From positions 1 to 55,610 of the forward strand of contig CAZWEM010000026.1 of the NCBI GenBank assembly GCA_964632315.1: DNA of 55,610 bases. The letters are read 5' to 3'. Numbering within the stretch: position 1 is the stretch's first letter; each line of letters begins with the position of its first letter. The DNA is from an uncultured archaeon (lineage in GTDB: Archaea; Asgardarchaeota; Lokiarchaeia; Sigyniarchaeales; SOKP01). Of the stretch, positions 19,380 to 29,750 are shown piece after piece. Made by a program: the position numbers and the translations under genes. Under the pieces are notes generated by a model that was not told where the DNA came from, did not search any database, and saw only the letters and a list, made by a program, of their open reading frames with translations.

Positions 19380-19473
19380 ATTAAGTCCTCAGCTAATTTT
19401 TCAAATCGTAAAATTTTTTAGAAATACATTATTTTTTTTAGTAATACCTACGTGAGTTAAGAGGATTTTCTTT

Positions 19474-19731
19474 TTGACTAAGAAAAAAAAAATTGATGTG
19501 TTACTTCACGAATTAGTGCCTAAACATTATCTTCTGACTAAAGAAGAAAGTATAAATTTGTTAGATACATACAAAATTACTATCACCGATTTGCCCCAAA
19601 TGTTTGAAAAAGATCCTGTAGCTTTAGCTATTGGTGCAAAAGAAGGTGATATCGTTAAGATTGTGAGAGATTCTCACACAACTGTTAGTAAGGTTAATTA
19701 TTACCGGTATGTTAAAAAAGAGAAAGTGTGA
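19474..19731 (+). CDS. rpoH: RNA polymerase subunit Rpo5 (H)
   Basis: HELVPKH, LP...DPV, GDIVKIVR.S.T and YYRYV. Confidence 0.95.
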   Translation: MTKKKKIDVLLHELVPKHYLLTKEESINLLDTYKITITDLPQMFEKDPVALAIGAKEGDIVKIVRDSHTTVSKVNYYRYVKKEKV

Positions 19732-19770
19732 TTTTTTTTTCAAAAATTAAAATTTAATGGGTAAAAAATA

Positions 19771-22700
19771 TTGAGTTCTGAAAATTTAAACAATACTGAT
19801 AAATGGACAGTTTTAAAAAGCTTATTTGATGAAAAAGGTTTAGTTAGACAACATCTTGATTCATATAATAATTTCATTGAATATGAAATGCAATCTATTG
19901 TGGATGAGTCAGGAGAAGTAATACCAGACATTCCAGGATTTAAAATTAAGTTTGGAAAAATAAAGGTAGGAGTTCCAAAAGTTCGTGAAGCAGATGGAGC
20001 AACAATGGAAATTACACCCATTGAGGCACGGATAAGGGAACTAAGCTATGCAGCAGATATAACTTTAGAAATGACTCCAATAACAATTGATGAACGTACC
20101 CAAAGAGAAGAAGCAGAAGAAACTCTAGATATCTATATCGGAAAGATTCCGATTATGTTAAAAAGTTGTAGATGCCCCTTAGAAAGTTTGTCTGAACAAG
20201 AACTTATTAATCGGGGAGAAGACCCACTTGATCCTGGTGGATATTTCATCATCAATGGAACGGAACGAGTTCTCGTTACTCAGGAAGATTTAGCGCCAAA
20301 CAGAATACTGGCCGAGGAAGCAAGTAGAAGTTCCAGTGCAACCCATCAAGCTAAAGTTTTTTCAACACGAAGTGGATTTAGAGCTCCTGTTACTATTGAA
20401 CGTAAGAAAGATGGAAATTTAAGAGTTTCTTTCCCATCTGTACCCGGAAAAATCCCACTCGCAATATTAATGCGAGCTTTGGGTCTACATTCTGATAGAG
20501 AAATATTTGAAGCAATATCTGAAAATGAAGAGATCCAAAAAGAGTTAATTCCTGTGATCGATGTTGCTTCAGAAATTCAAGTATTAAAGGATCCAGAGAA
20601 ATCACAACAAAATGCTTTAGATTATATAGGAAAAAGGGTGGCAATTGGACAAACTAAAGATTATCGTATCAGAAGGGCTCTACAAGTTCTAGATAGGTAT
20701 CTATTACCTCACATCGGGAATGCTGAAGAAGATAGGATTAAAAAGGCTTATTATTTAGGACAAATGGCACAAAAAGTTATGGAACTCGCATTAAATTTAA
20801 GAGAACCAGATGATAAGGACCATTATGCAAATAAAAGGTTGAAACTAGCGGGAGAATTGTTTACGTCTTTATTTAGAGTTGCCTTTCTAAATTTAGTTAA
20901 AGATATTAAATATCAATTAGAAAGAACTGCCGTTCGAGGAAGAGCGCCCAATATCAAAACTGCTGTTCGAGCGGATGTAATAACTGAAAGAATTCGGCAT
21001 GCTTTAGCTACTGGAAATTGGGTAGGTGGTAAAGCAGGAGTTAGCCAACTTTTAAATAGGACAAACCATGTGGGAACTCTCAGTCATTTAAGAAGGGTTA
21101 TATCCCCCTTAAGCCGTAGTCAACCTCATTTTGAAGCTAGAGATTTACATCCAACGCAATGGGGTAAGATTTGCCCTGCTGAGACTCCAGAAGGCCCAAA
21201 TTGTGGGTTAGTTAAGAACTTAGGGTTAGCTTCGATAATTTCAGTCGGAGCAGACGAAAGAATCATTGAAAACATTATAATAGATTTAGGAGTTATTCCT
21301 ATCAATGAGGTTAAAAATGCAAGAGGTAATAAAGCTAAGGTCTTTCTAAACGGAAAACTTGTTGGAGTCCACATGCAATATAATCCCTTTATTCGCCAAC
21401 TTCGTGAAAAAAGAAGAAAGGGAGAAATAGGGCAGCATGTAAATTTAGGATTTTATAATGATTCTAAAGAAATTCAAATAAATTGTGATGCTGGTAGGGC
21501 TACAAGACCATTGTTTGTTATTAAGAACAAAAACTTGTTGATTAAGAAAGAGGATATCGAGAAATTGCGTCAAGAAAAATATGTATGGTCAGATTTAATA
21601 CAAAAAGGAATCATTGAATACCTAGATGCTGAAGAGGAAGAAAATGCTTTCATTGCAATGTTTGAAGAAGATATAACCGCTGAGCATACTCATTTAGAAA
21701 TCTCTCCTGCGGCAATTTTAGGCATATGTGCTTCCATTATTCCTTTTCCGGAACATAATCAATCTCCACGTAATACTTATGAAGCAGGAATGGTTAAACA
21801 AGCACTTGGTTTATTTGCAGCAAACATGCATCTAAGATTAGATACGAGAGGGCATACTTTGCATTATCCCCAACAACCTCTTGTTAAAACAAGCCCTATG
21901 GAGATAATAGGAATTAATAAACGCCCTGCTGGACAGAATTTTATTATCGCAATGATGAGTTTTGAGGGATATAACATTGAGGATGCTATTATAATTAATA
22001 AGGCTTCAATTGAACGGGGTTTAGCAAGAAGTCACTTTTTTAGAACTTATGATGCAGAAGAACGAAAATACCCTGGCGGTGAAGTTGATAAATTTGAGAT
22101 TCCTGAAAGAGGAGTAAGGGGATTCAAGTCAGCCGAGTCTTATCGCTTATTATCAGAAGAAGATGGAATTATAGAACCTGAAACGGTAGTAAATGGAGGA
22201 GATGTATTAATTGGTAGAACATCACCACCAAGATTTATCAAATCTTATGAAGAATTCGAATTGATGCAACCAAATAGGAGAGAGACATCAAAAAATATGA
22301 GGCATAACGAACAAGGAATTGTTGATACTGTGATAATTTCGGAAACTGTAGATGGTAATAAACTTGTGAAAATAAAAGCGAGAGATCTCAGAATACCAGA
22401 ATTAGGGGATAAATTTTCTTCTCGTCATGGTCAAAAAGGAGTTTTAGGGCTGATTCAACCTCAAGAAGACATGCCTTTCACCTCAAAAGGAGTGATCCCT
22501 GACATAATAGTGAATCCCCACGCAATGCCATCAAGAATGACTTTAGGACAACTATTTGAAGGTATCAGCGGTAAAATTGCTTGCACAACTGGAAAACTCG
22601 GTGATGCTACAGCTTTTGAATGGAAAGATATTACTAAACTTCAAGAACAATTAGTCGAAGCAGGTTTCGAATTCAATGGTAGAGAGGTCATGTATAATGG

Positions 22701-23142
22701 AATTACAGGTGAAAAGTATGAGGCAGGGATCTATTGCGCCCCAATTTATTATCAAAAATTATATCATCTAGTAGCGGATAAACTTCACGCGAGGGCGAGG
22801 GGACCAGTACAAATTTTAACCAGACAGCCAACTGAGGGGCGAGCTAGAGAAGGAGGGCTAAGATTTGGTGAAATGGAACGTGATTGTTTGGTAGGTCACG
22901 GTTCTGCTTTACTTTTAAAGGAACGTCTGCTTGATGAATCAGATAGAACAGTAATATTGGTATGCGAGAAATGTGGATTATTAGCAGTTTATGATCGAAA
23001 TAGAGATAAGCGATATTGTCCTGTATGTGGTGAAGGCACAATTATTTCAAAAGTTGTTTGCTCATATGCATTTAAACTTCTTCTACAAGAAATGATGTCT
23101 CTAGGATTAGCTCCTAGACTAAAATTAAAAGAAAAAATCTAA
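19771..23142 (+). CDS. rpoB: RNA polymerase subunit Rpo2 (B), unsplit
   Basis: GGYFIINGTERV, ETPEGPNCGLVKNL, GDKFSSRHGQKG, GGLRFGEMERD and a C-terminal zinc ribbon. Confidence 0.98.
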   Translation: MSSENLNNTDKWTVLKSLFDEKGLVRQHLDSYNNFIEYEMQSIVDESGEVIPDIPGFKIKFGKIKVGVPKVREADGATMEITPIEARIRELSYAADITLEMTPITIDERTQREEAEETLDIYIGKIPIMLKSCRCPLESLSEQELINRGEDPLDPGGYFIINGTERVLVTQEDLAPNRILAEEASRSSSATHQAKVFSTRSGFRAPVTIERKKDGNLRVSFPSVPGKIPLAILMRALGLHSDREIFEAISENEEIQKELIPVIDVASEIQVLKDPEKSQQNALDYIGKRVAIGQTKDYRIRRALQVLDRYLLPHIGNAEEDRIKKAYYLGQMAQKVMELALNLREPDDKDHYANKRLKLAGELFTSLFRVAFLNLVKDIKYQLERTAVRGRAPNIKTAVRADVITERIRHALATGNWVGGKAGVSQLLNRTNHVGTLSHLRRVISPLSRSQPHFEARDLHPTQWGKICPAETPEGPNCGLVKNLGLASIISVGADERIIENIIIDLGVIPINEVKNARGNKAKVFLNGKLVGVHMQYNPFIRQLREKRRKGEIGQHVNLGFYNDSKEIQINCDAGRATRPLFVIKNKNLLIKKEDIEKLRQEKYVWSDLIQKGIIEYLDAEEEENAFIAMFEEDITAEHTHLEISPAAILGICASIIPFPEHNQSPRNTYEAGMVKQALGLFAANMHLRLDTRGHTLHYPQQPLVKTSPMEIIGINKRPAGQNFIIAMMSFEGYNIEDAIIINKASIERGLARSHFFRTYDAEERKYPGGEVDKFEIPERGVRGFKSAESYRLLSEEDGIIEPETVVNGGDVLIGRTSPPRFIKSYEEFELMQPNRRETSKNMRHNEQGIVDTVIISETVDGNKLVKIKARDLRIPELGDKFSSRHGQKGVLGLIQPQEDMPFTSKGVIPDIIVNPHAMPSRMTLGQLFEGISGKIACTTGKLGDATAFEWKDITKLQEQLVEAGFEFNGREVMYNGITGEKYEAGIYCAPIYYQKLYHLVADKLHARARGPVQILTRQPTEGRAREGGLRFGEMERDCLVGHGSALLLKERLLDESDRTVILVCEKCGLLAVYDRNRDKRYCPVCGEGTIISKVVCSYAFKLLLQEMMSLGLAPRLKLKEKI

Positions 23143-23178
23143 TAAATTTTTTATCTCTTATATTAAAATAAAAAAAAA

Positions 23179-23616
23179 TTATCCAAATTGTATAAAGCTA
23201 TACAATTCGGGAATAAGCGAATATATTATATAAAGAATAAATAAAGTCAATAATGAGATCCATAATGCATGCTCCCACGTAACATCAAGTAACCATTTTG
23301 TCAATGCTAAAAGCAATAGAAAAAAAATTATGGGTCCAAACTGTGTTAGAAAATTGACACCACCTCCATCAAGAAGGTCCCTTAACGCTGCCACAGCACC
23401 CCCTATAGCATTAAGAACTAACATGATAGCATTAACCACTATCGGTAAAAGAAAAACAGCTATAAATGCTAAAAGGAGTATCATAATTTTTTTATCTGAG
23501 GCTTTTGTTTTAGATACAACCACTCTAACCGAAATATACATTATAAGGAAAACAACTACAGTTGCTACAATTAGCCATAAAATGAAAAATAATGGATCTC
23601 CTACTTGAAACAACAT
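23179..23616 (-). CDS. Membrane protein (~4 TM)
   Basis: Hydrophobic helices; begins MLFQVG. Confidence 0.75.
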   Translation of the reverse strand: MLFQVGDPLFFILWLIVATVVVFLIMYISVRVVVSKTKASDKKIMILLLAFIAVFLLPIVVNAIMLVLNAIGGAVAALRDLLDGGGVNFLTQFGPIIFFLLLLALTKWLLDVTWEHALWISLLTLFILYIIYSLIPELYSFIQFG

Positions 23617-23713
23617 TTTATATCATTTTTTCAAATATTTTTTGAGATTAATAGGAAATTAGCTTTCTTCTTATATAAAATTAATGACCCAAATTGAAAA
23701 TTAAGAGATCATT

Positions 23714-23941
23714 CTAAATGCCAAAAGTAATTAGAAAGAAATGGATGGAGAATCCAAGAAAAACAGCAGCAAATATGACCGATATTAATGATAGTTTTAT
23801 CGATAATTCTCTTCCGTATTTTGTATAAAGAATTAGAATAACTATTGCCAAGATCCCAATTACTAAAAAAATCCATGCTAAGCTCCAAATAAGGACTGAA
23901 GGAACTTCGAATCCTCCCACTTGAAATAATGTAAGTAACAT
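23714..23941 (-). CDS. Small membrane protein (2 TM)
   Basis: Two hydrophobic helices; begins MLLTLFQVG. Confidence 0.7.
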   Translation of the reverse strand: MLLTLFQVGGFEVPSVLIWSLAWIFLVIGILAIVILILYTKYGRELSIKLSLISVIFAAVFLGFSIHFFLITFGI

Positions 23942-24090
23942 GCTGTCAGTATTTATGTTTAATTAGTTAAGATAGAGTAAATTTTTATTTTTTTTTAAGT
24001 TTTTTAATGATTAAAGTTTAAAGTAATGATAATTTGATAACTATTATAAATAGTTCTTGAAAATCAAAATAAGCGTGACTGGAGAAGCGA

Positions 24091-24873
24091 ATGCATTTCT
24101 TAAAAAAATTGGTTGAACATCCCGGGCTACAAGATCCCGTAAAACAGCATATGGACGTCCATCGCCATTTTTATAGATATTCACGTGGTGAGTTTATTGG
24201 TCCAGCTATTAAAATCAGTTGTTCTTCAACAAAAATCACTTTAAAGGGTTCTCACGAGTATGAGGATTTAATAATTGAATTAGTAGCTAAATCAATTGGG
24301 GATCCAAAACAAGAATTTGAAATAAAAGGTAGGATTATAACAGGAAGTGATATTTCGGAACAGCTTGCAAAATTAGGACTTAATTGGGAATTGAAAGAAT
24401 CTACTGGAAAGACTAAGAATTATAAAGCAGATTTTATTGATAAAATTACTCGAGACAAGTTAATAGAATGTACTTCATCATTCCGCAGTAATAGTTATTT
24501 TCTCGCTAATTTTAATTTAGGGTCAACTTGTAAGGTTTCAACCAAAAAGAACGTCCCTCAACCATCAAAGAAAAAGGTCGAAGATGATGATGCATCCAAA
24601 CGCATTCAATTTTCCACAGGATATTTGAGAAATACTGAAAAGAATTTAGAATTAGTCATTAATAACATAATACCAGACTTTAAAAAGAAAATTCCTAATG
24701 GCTGGAAAAATATCATGGTTTATAATTATTACTTAATAGACGATATTGAGTTACCAAAAAATATAAAAGACACTCGATTGTTGCGAATATTTGCGATTCG
24801 TAAAGGAAAAATTATTAGAACTATTGAAATTGATGGGGAAACGTATGAAAATCAATTTCCATTGTTAGCTTAA
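24091..24873 (+). CDS. Hypothetical protein upstream of tfe
   Basis: 260-aa ORF with typical codon usage; no family recognised. Confidence 0.7.
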   Translation: MHFLKKLVEHPGLQDPVKQHMDVHRHFYRYSRGEFIGPAIKISCSSTKITLKGSHEYEDLIIELVAKSIGDPKQEFEIKGRIITGSDISEQLAKLGLNWELKESTGKTKNYKADFIDKITRDKLIECTSSFRSNSYFLANFNLGSTCKVSTKKNVPQPSKKKVEDDDASKRIQFSTGYLRNTEKNLELVINNIIPDFKKKIPNGWKNIMVYNYYLIDDIELPKNIKDTRLLRIFAIRKGKIIRTIEIDGETYENQFPLLA

Positions 24874-24940
24874 AATAATTCTCGGAATATTTAATTAAAA
24901 ACATAATTTCTAACTAATTTAGATTATAAGGAGATGAAGA

Positions 24941-25531
24941 TTGTTGGAAAATGAATTAAATCCTCTCTTGCGTTCGTTTTTATACATTATTGGTGGAGAG
25001 GTTGCAATTGAGGTGGGTATAGAATTATTAAACTCGGAAGAAGAGGATATAACTGATGAAGACATAACCGAGCGAATTAAAGAGAGAATTGAAACTGAAA
25101 ATCGGGAAGTCGATTTCGAACCTGATGATAATGAAATTCTGAAACTCAACACTGTTCGCAAAACTCTCTATAAACTATACAGTGAAAAACTTGCACAGTT
25201 CAGAAGAATTCGAGATAAGTCTACGGGATGGTTTATATACTATTGGTGGCACGAATTTGATCTCTTAGAAGGGATTTTACTTGAAAAGAAAAAGCTAGTT
25301 GAAAAAAAGCTAAGAGAACGGCTTGCTTTCGAGGAAAGTAATTACTTCTTTATTTGTAAGAATTGCACTGAAAAAAATATTAAATATGTTTTTGACGAGG
25401 CTTTCGAGTATAACTTTAGATGTCCAGACTGTGGGGGTCCTTTAGAAGCGGAAGATAATAAAAAAATCATCGAAGTACTGAAAGAAAAGATAGTGATCAC
25501 GCAAAATATAAAGTTTGGAAGTCTTGAATGA
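24941..25531 (+). CDS. tfe: Transcription factor E (TFIIE alpha homolog)
   Basis: TDEDI, KLNTVRKTLYKL, RDKSTGWFIYYW, and CKNC...FRCPDCG zinc ribbon. Confidence 0.92.
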   Translation: MLENELNPLLRSFLYIIGGEVAIEVGIELLNSEEEDITDEDITERIKERIETENREVDFEPDDNEILKLNTVRKTLYKLYSEKLAQFRRIRDKSTGWFIYYWWHEFDLLEGILLEKKKLVEKKLRERLAFEESNYFFICKNCTEKNIKYVFDEAFEYNFRCPDCGGPLEAEDNKKIIEVLKEKIVITQNIKFGSLE

Positions 25532-25543
25532 GTTTCCAAACCA

Positions 25544-26071
25544 TTATTTTCTTTTTTTGATAAACGCTATATCTCCTAATGAGCTTCCTGTTTTCTTTTT
25601 CATATACCCGTTGAGTTGGGGTGTAGAGTCTACACTTTCATTAGTTTTAATCAAAGATATTTCATAGACCTTTTCTATTTTTCGAGCTAATTTTAGAGTA
25701 GGTTTTGCCTTTCCTGATTCAATTCTTCTTATCAATGACGGTTTTTCATTTAATTTATTCGCAAATTGATCTTGATTTAAATTTAACTTTTGTCTGACTT
25801 TTCTAATACGCTTGTCGTAATCCTCAACAATCTCAAGATCTTCGTTAATTTCTTTTCGATATTTAGGTGAGGAGGAACTAGAGCGTGTTTTTACTTTGGA
25901 TGGTTTGAACTGAGATGGTTGCTTTTTTATTAACTTCTTACCATGTTGTGCACAATTTTGACAGACTGTGATCTTTGCCCCTTCAATTAAAACCTTTACT
26001 CCTTTTCCCCAAATTAGGCTACCACAGATCGGACATTCTCTATCAAGATGGTTTGCTCTTCTACTGTTCAT
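25544..26071 (-). CDS. mbf1: Archaeal multiprotein bridging factor aMBF1
   Basis: CPICG...IEGA..VCQNC zinc ribbon, EIVEDY, Cro-like HTH and SLGDI. Confidence 0.9.
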   Translation of the reverse strand: MNSRRANHLDRECPICGSLIWGKGVKVLIEGAKITVCQNCAQHGKKLIKKQPSQFKPSKVKTRSSSSSPKYRKEINEDLEIVEDYDKRIRKVRQKLNLNQDQFANKLNEKPSLIRRIESGKAKPTLKLARKIEKVYEISLIKTNESVDSTPQLNGYMKKKTGSSLGDIAFIKKRK

Positions 26072-26294
26072 AGAATGACCTCAAATTGCAATAAACAATG
26101 TGTTTAACCTAATTATAAATTTTCTACGAGTACACTTATATTTTACGATTTTACCGGATAAATCATTATAAAATATAACCTATAAATTTTTTAGATGTCT
26201 GTCTTTAAATTGAATTATCTAAGACCTTAAATTTATATGAATAAAAGTTTATTATTAAATTATATTAAAATTTGATATTTGGGTTTAATACTAC

Positions 26295-27503
26295 ATGACT
26301 ACGATTAAAGAGAAGAAGAAGAGAGAAGAAACTAAAGATGGAGAGTATTTAATTACATATACCAGACATTTAGAAAAAAGACTCCGAAATTTAGAAACTG
26401 AAAAACAATTACTTGACGCCGAACGCATGAGATTAGAGCAAGAATTAAACGGGTTAAGAAGTGAAATTGATAGATTAAGAGAGCCTCCCTTAGTTTCGGC
26501 TACTGTTATTGATTTATTAGATGAAACTGGTAAAGTAATTGTTAAAAGTTCCACTGGTCCTAGTTTTGTTGTTAATGCAAGCCGAAAGGTAAAAAATGAA
26601 AAGTTGGCTCCAGGAATGAGGGTCGCCCTAAATCAGAGAACTTTTGCAATAATGGAGGTTCTACCAATGAAGTTAGATCCTTTTGTCAAAGGAATGGAAG
26701 TTATAGACTCGATTCCAGACATTTCCTATGAGGATGTAGGAGGTCTTGAAGAGCAATTACAAGAAGTGAGAGAAACAGTAGAACTCCCTTTAAAAAGACC
26801 AGATTTATTTAAAAAGGTCGGTATTGAACCACCTAAAGGAGTTTTATTATATGGATCTCCAGGTACTGGGAAAACTTTAGTTGCTAAAGCAGTAGCCCAT
26901 GAAACCGAAGCAACATTCATTAGAATAATAGGTTCAGAATTAGTTCAGAAATTTATTGGAGAAGGTGCTCGACTTGTTCGAGAAATTTTTAATCTTGCTA
27001 AACAAAAAGCCCCTACCATCCTATTTATTGATGAATTAGATGCTATAGGATCTCAACGACTTAAAATTGCAACTTCTGGGGATAGAGAGGTTCAGAGAAC
27101 ATTAATGCAGCTCCTAAGTGAATTAGATGGTTTCGAATTAAGGGGAGATGTCAAAATAATTGGGGCTACAAACAGAGTTGATATTTTAGATCCTGCGTTA
27201 TTACGACCAGGAAGATTTGATCGGATGATTGACTTTCCCATACCCGATGAGGTGGCTCGAAAAGCTATATTCCAAATTCATACAAGACCCTTGAATGTTG
27301 TCGAGGACTTGAATATTAAAAAGCTAGTTGATTTAACCGAAGGGTGCACGGGTGCAGATATTAAAGCGATCTGTACTGAGGCGGGAATGTTTGCTATTCG
27401 CAAAGAATCAGAAACAATCAATGAAAACGATTTTATAGATGCAGTTAATAAAGTCATGAGTAAAATAAGAGAAAAGGAAAGTGAATCAAGACTATATTCT
27501 TAG
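26295..27503 (+). CDS. pan: Proteasome-activating nucleotidase
   Basis: Coiled coil-OB-AAA architecture; GSPGTGKT, DELD, GDREVQRT, LLRPGRFDR; C-terminal HbYX motif LYS. Confidence 0.95.
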   Translation: MTTIKEKKKREETKDGEYLITYTRHLEKRLRNLETEKQLLDAERMRLEQELNGLRSEIDRLREPPLVSATVIDLLDETGKVIVKSSTGPSFVVNASRKVKNEKLAPGMRVALNQRTFAIMEVLPMKLDPFVKGMEVIDSIPDISYEDVGGLEEQLQEVRETVELPLKRPDLFKKVGIEPPKGVLLYGSPGTGKTLVAKAVAHETEATFIRIIGSELVQKFIGEGARLVREIFNLAKQKAPTILFIDELDAIGSQRLKIATSGDREVQRTLMQLLSELDGFELRGDVKIIGATNRVDILDPALLRPGRFDRMIDFPIPDEVARKAIFQIHTRPLNVVEDLNIKKLVDLTEGCTGADIKAICTEAGMFAIRKESETINENDFIDAVNKVMSKIREKESESRLYS

Positions 27504-27533
27504 GGTTACCTTTTCTATATAATTTTAATTTAC

Positions 27534-28061
27534 TTGTTAGATTATTCTCTATCAAAATCATCATTTCTTATGAATAATTCAAGTTATAATATTATTCGAA
27601 TCATTAGGGCGATAATTGATTATCAATTTGGTTCTCCTATTTCGGCTGCACTTTTTGAAGAATCTATTATTTCAAACATTGAATATTCAAAGAATACTGG
27701 AAGGATCAAACATGTGTATGTCGATGGAGATTTATATTTGAATTATCGTCCAAATATAGGATTATTCACGTTAAGTTTAAAGGCAGCAAAAAGAATTATA
27801 GAAAAAATTGATCCTCCCACATTAAGAGTTATTGTTTTAAATGAAATAAGCGAATTTATTAAAGAAGGAAGGAATGTTTTTAATAAACATGTGATTGAGA
27901 TAGATAGTAGACTAAGACCCTTAGATGAGGTGATTGTAGTTAATCAGTTGGATGAATTACTTGGAATCGGAAGAGTGAAATTACCAGTTCCTTATGTAAA
28001 ATCATTTAATAACGGAATAGCTGTCATTGTTCGAAAGGGAATTAATAAATCAAAAATATAA
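27534..28061 (+). CDS. PUA-domain protein (archaeosine TGT C-terminal-like; likely start 27570)
   Basis: IDYQFG, SKNTGRIK, GRNVFNKHV, RPLDEVIVV and AVIVRKG. Confidence 0.8.
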   Translation: MLDYSLSKSSFLMNNSSYNIIRIIRAIIDYQFGSPISAALFEESIISNIEYSKNTGRIKHVYVDGDLYLNYRPNIGLFTLSLKAAKRIIEKIDPPTLRVIVLNEISEFIKEGRNVFNKHVIEIDSRLRPLDEVIVVNQLDELLGIGRVKLPVPYVKSFNNGIAVIVRKGINKSKI

Positions 28062-28103
28062 ATCTCGATTAATTTAGAATTATAAGGACAGAATAATAAA
28101 ATT

Positions 28104-28586
28104 GTGAGAAAGATGGTTAAGTTACCTAAGGACATGCAAAAAAAAGAAAAAAACAAACCTAAAAGACCTCAACCGATTAAAAAAAGAGAAGGTTCACAAG
28201 TTGGTTCTCGGCAAATGCGCAGACGAATGCAACAACAAGGAATTGATATGGATCAAATAGATGCTACACGAGTTATCATAGAACGCACAGACGGTTCACT
28301 AATCATTGAACAACCAGAAGTAATCCTTATGAAGCAAATGGGGCAAGAGATCTATCAAATAATAGGAGAAGCCCATGAAGCTTCTATTGGGGAATTTTCA
28401 ATTGAGAAGAGTGAAAATATTCAAGAGAATATTGAAGATAACGAATTAAAGCCATCTATAACTGAAAACGACGTAATGTTAGTAGCATCGCAAGCTAATG
28501 TCGACAAGGAGGAAGCTAAAGTTGTTTTGATTGAATGTGAGGGAGATATTGCAAAAGCAATACTATATTTGAAGAATCGTCTATGA
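28104..28586 (+). CDS. nac: Nascent polypeptide-associated complex protein
   Basis: RQMRRRMQQQGID, YQIIG and UBA-like C-terminus DVMLVASQA...GDIAKAI. Confidence 0.9.
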   Translation: MRKMVKLPKDMQKKEKNKPKRPQPIKKREGSQVGSRQMRRRMQQQGIDMDQIDATRVIIERTDGSLIIEQPEVILMKQMGQEIYQIIGEAHEASIGEFSIEKSENIQENIEDNELKPSITENDVMLVASQANVDKEEAKVVLIECEGDIAKAILYLKNRL

Positions 28587-28663
28587 TCTTAAAGACATTA
28601 AAAAAAAAAGAATTAAGAATTATCAATAATTTAATGAAATATCATTATAAAGGTTGAATTATA

Positions 28664-29014
28664 GTGTCTAAAGTAAAGAAAAAAGAAAGATCTATTGGTA
28701 CACAATTTAAAGAAGATGTGATCTTTGAGAAGATTATAGGATTCACTGGGTGGACCTTTCTTCTCGTATTATTGATCTTTTTAGGGATTTGGTTGATTTT
28801 TGATTATTTCATTGATTTCATTAATTTCGAAATGGGAGCACAAGCATTTTCTTTTATTTTGTTTATGGGAACAAACTCAGGTTTATGTTTCGGACTTGTA
28901 GCAATAATTAAAAATAATAGAGACCAGAAGAAAAAATACTTTTTAGACTGGTTGTTTGGAGAATTTTTACTAAGCATATTTGCAATTTTTTCGATTGCAG
29001 CATATCAATGGTAA
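28664..29014 (+). CDS. Membrane protein (3 TM)
   Basis: Three hydrophobic segments. Confidence 0.7.
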   Translation: MSKVKKKERSIGTQFKEDVIFEKIIGFTGWTFLLVLLIFLGIWLIFDYFIDFINFEMGAQAFSFILFMGTNSGLCFGLVAIIKNNRDQKKKYFLDWLFGEFLLSIFAIFSIAAYQW

Positions 29015-29032
29015 TTCTTATTTCTATAATTC

Positions 29033-29371
29033 TTATTTATAGTCTTCTCTAGATGGATTAAAAATGTCAATGAGTTCAGAATCTTCAAGAAGAATCGCAC
29101 CGTGTTTTTCGTTTGAGCTGAATAAGTAGCTTTCCCCTGCAGTTGCAATGAATTCCTCTGAGTCTGTCTTGAATTTAATCTTTCCTTTTATGACATAACC
29201 TATTTGGTGTTCTTTATGAGTATGCATTGGAACTTCAGCACCTTTTTCTAAGAAAAAATGACATAGCATTAAATTCTCATCGTAGATGAGTGTTCGCCTG
29301 AAAATTCCCTTTAGAGCTTCAACTTTTGGAATCATATTCTTATTAATATGGTTATTAGTCATTTGATCCAA
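29033..29371 (-). CDS. Cupin-domain protein
   Basis: HTHKEHQIGYV..G, NEKHG and DIFNPSREDY. Confidence 0.85.
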   Translation of the reverse strand: MDQMTNNHINKNMIPKVEALKGIFRRTLIYDENLMLCHFFLEKGAEVPMHTHKEHQIGYVIKGKIKFKTDSEEFIATAGESYLFSSNEKHGAILLEDSELIDIFNPSREDYK

Positions 29372-29750
29372 TCCTAATTTTTTTCAATATGAGGTAGCAA
29401 TTAATAGTATTTAAAAAATTAAAAAATCTGGGCTACCGACATTTTTATTTAGCAAAGTAATTTAATTAGAGATTAAAGCTTACGATTGATTTTAAAAAAA
29501 AGGGTAGCCTAATATTAGCGTCGAGGATTACCAAAAAATTAATCTAAGAAGAGAGGTTGATTAAATAACTTTATATTGAAAAAATGAATAATTTTTTATA
29601 TCAAAAAAGGTAGGAGTATAACGATAATATTATTAGACTTGACTTAGTATATACATTACGACGGTCGACAAAAATTCCTTATGGATTTTATTATATTATC
29701 TCATTTTTTTATATAAGAATATATCAAATCAGAAAAGAAGATGAAATAAA

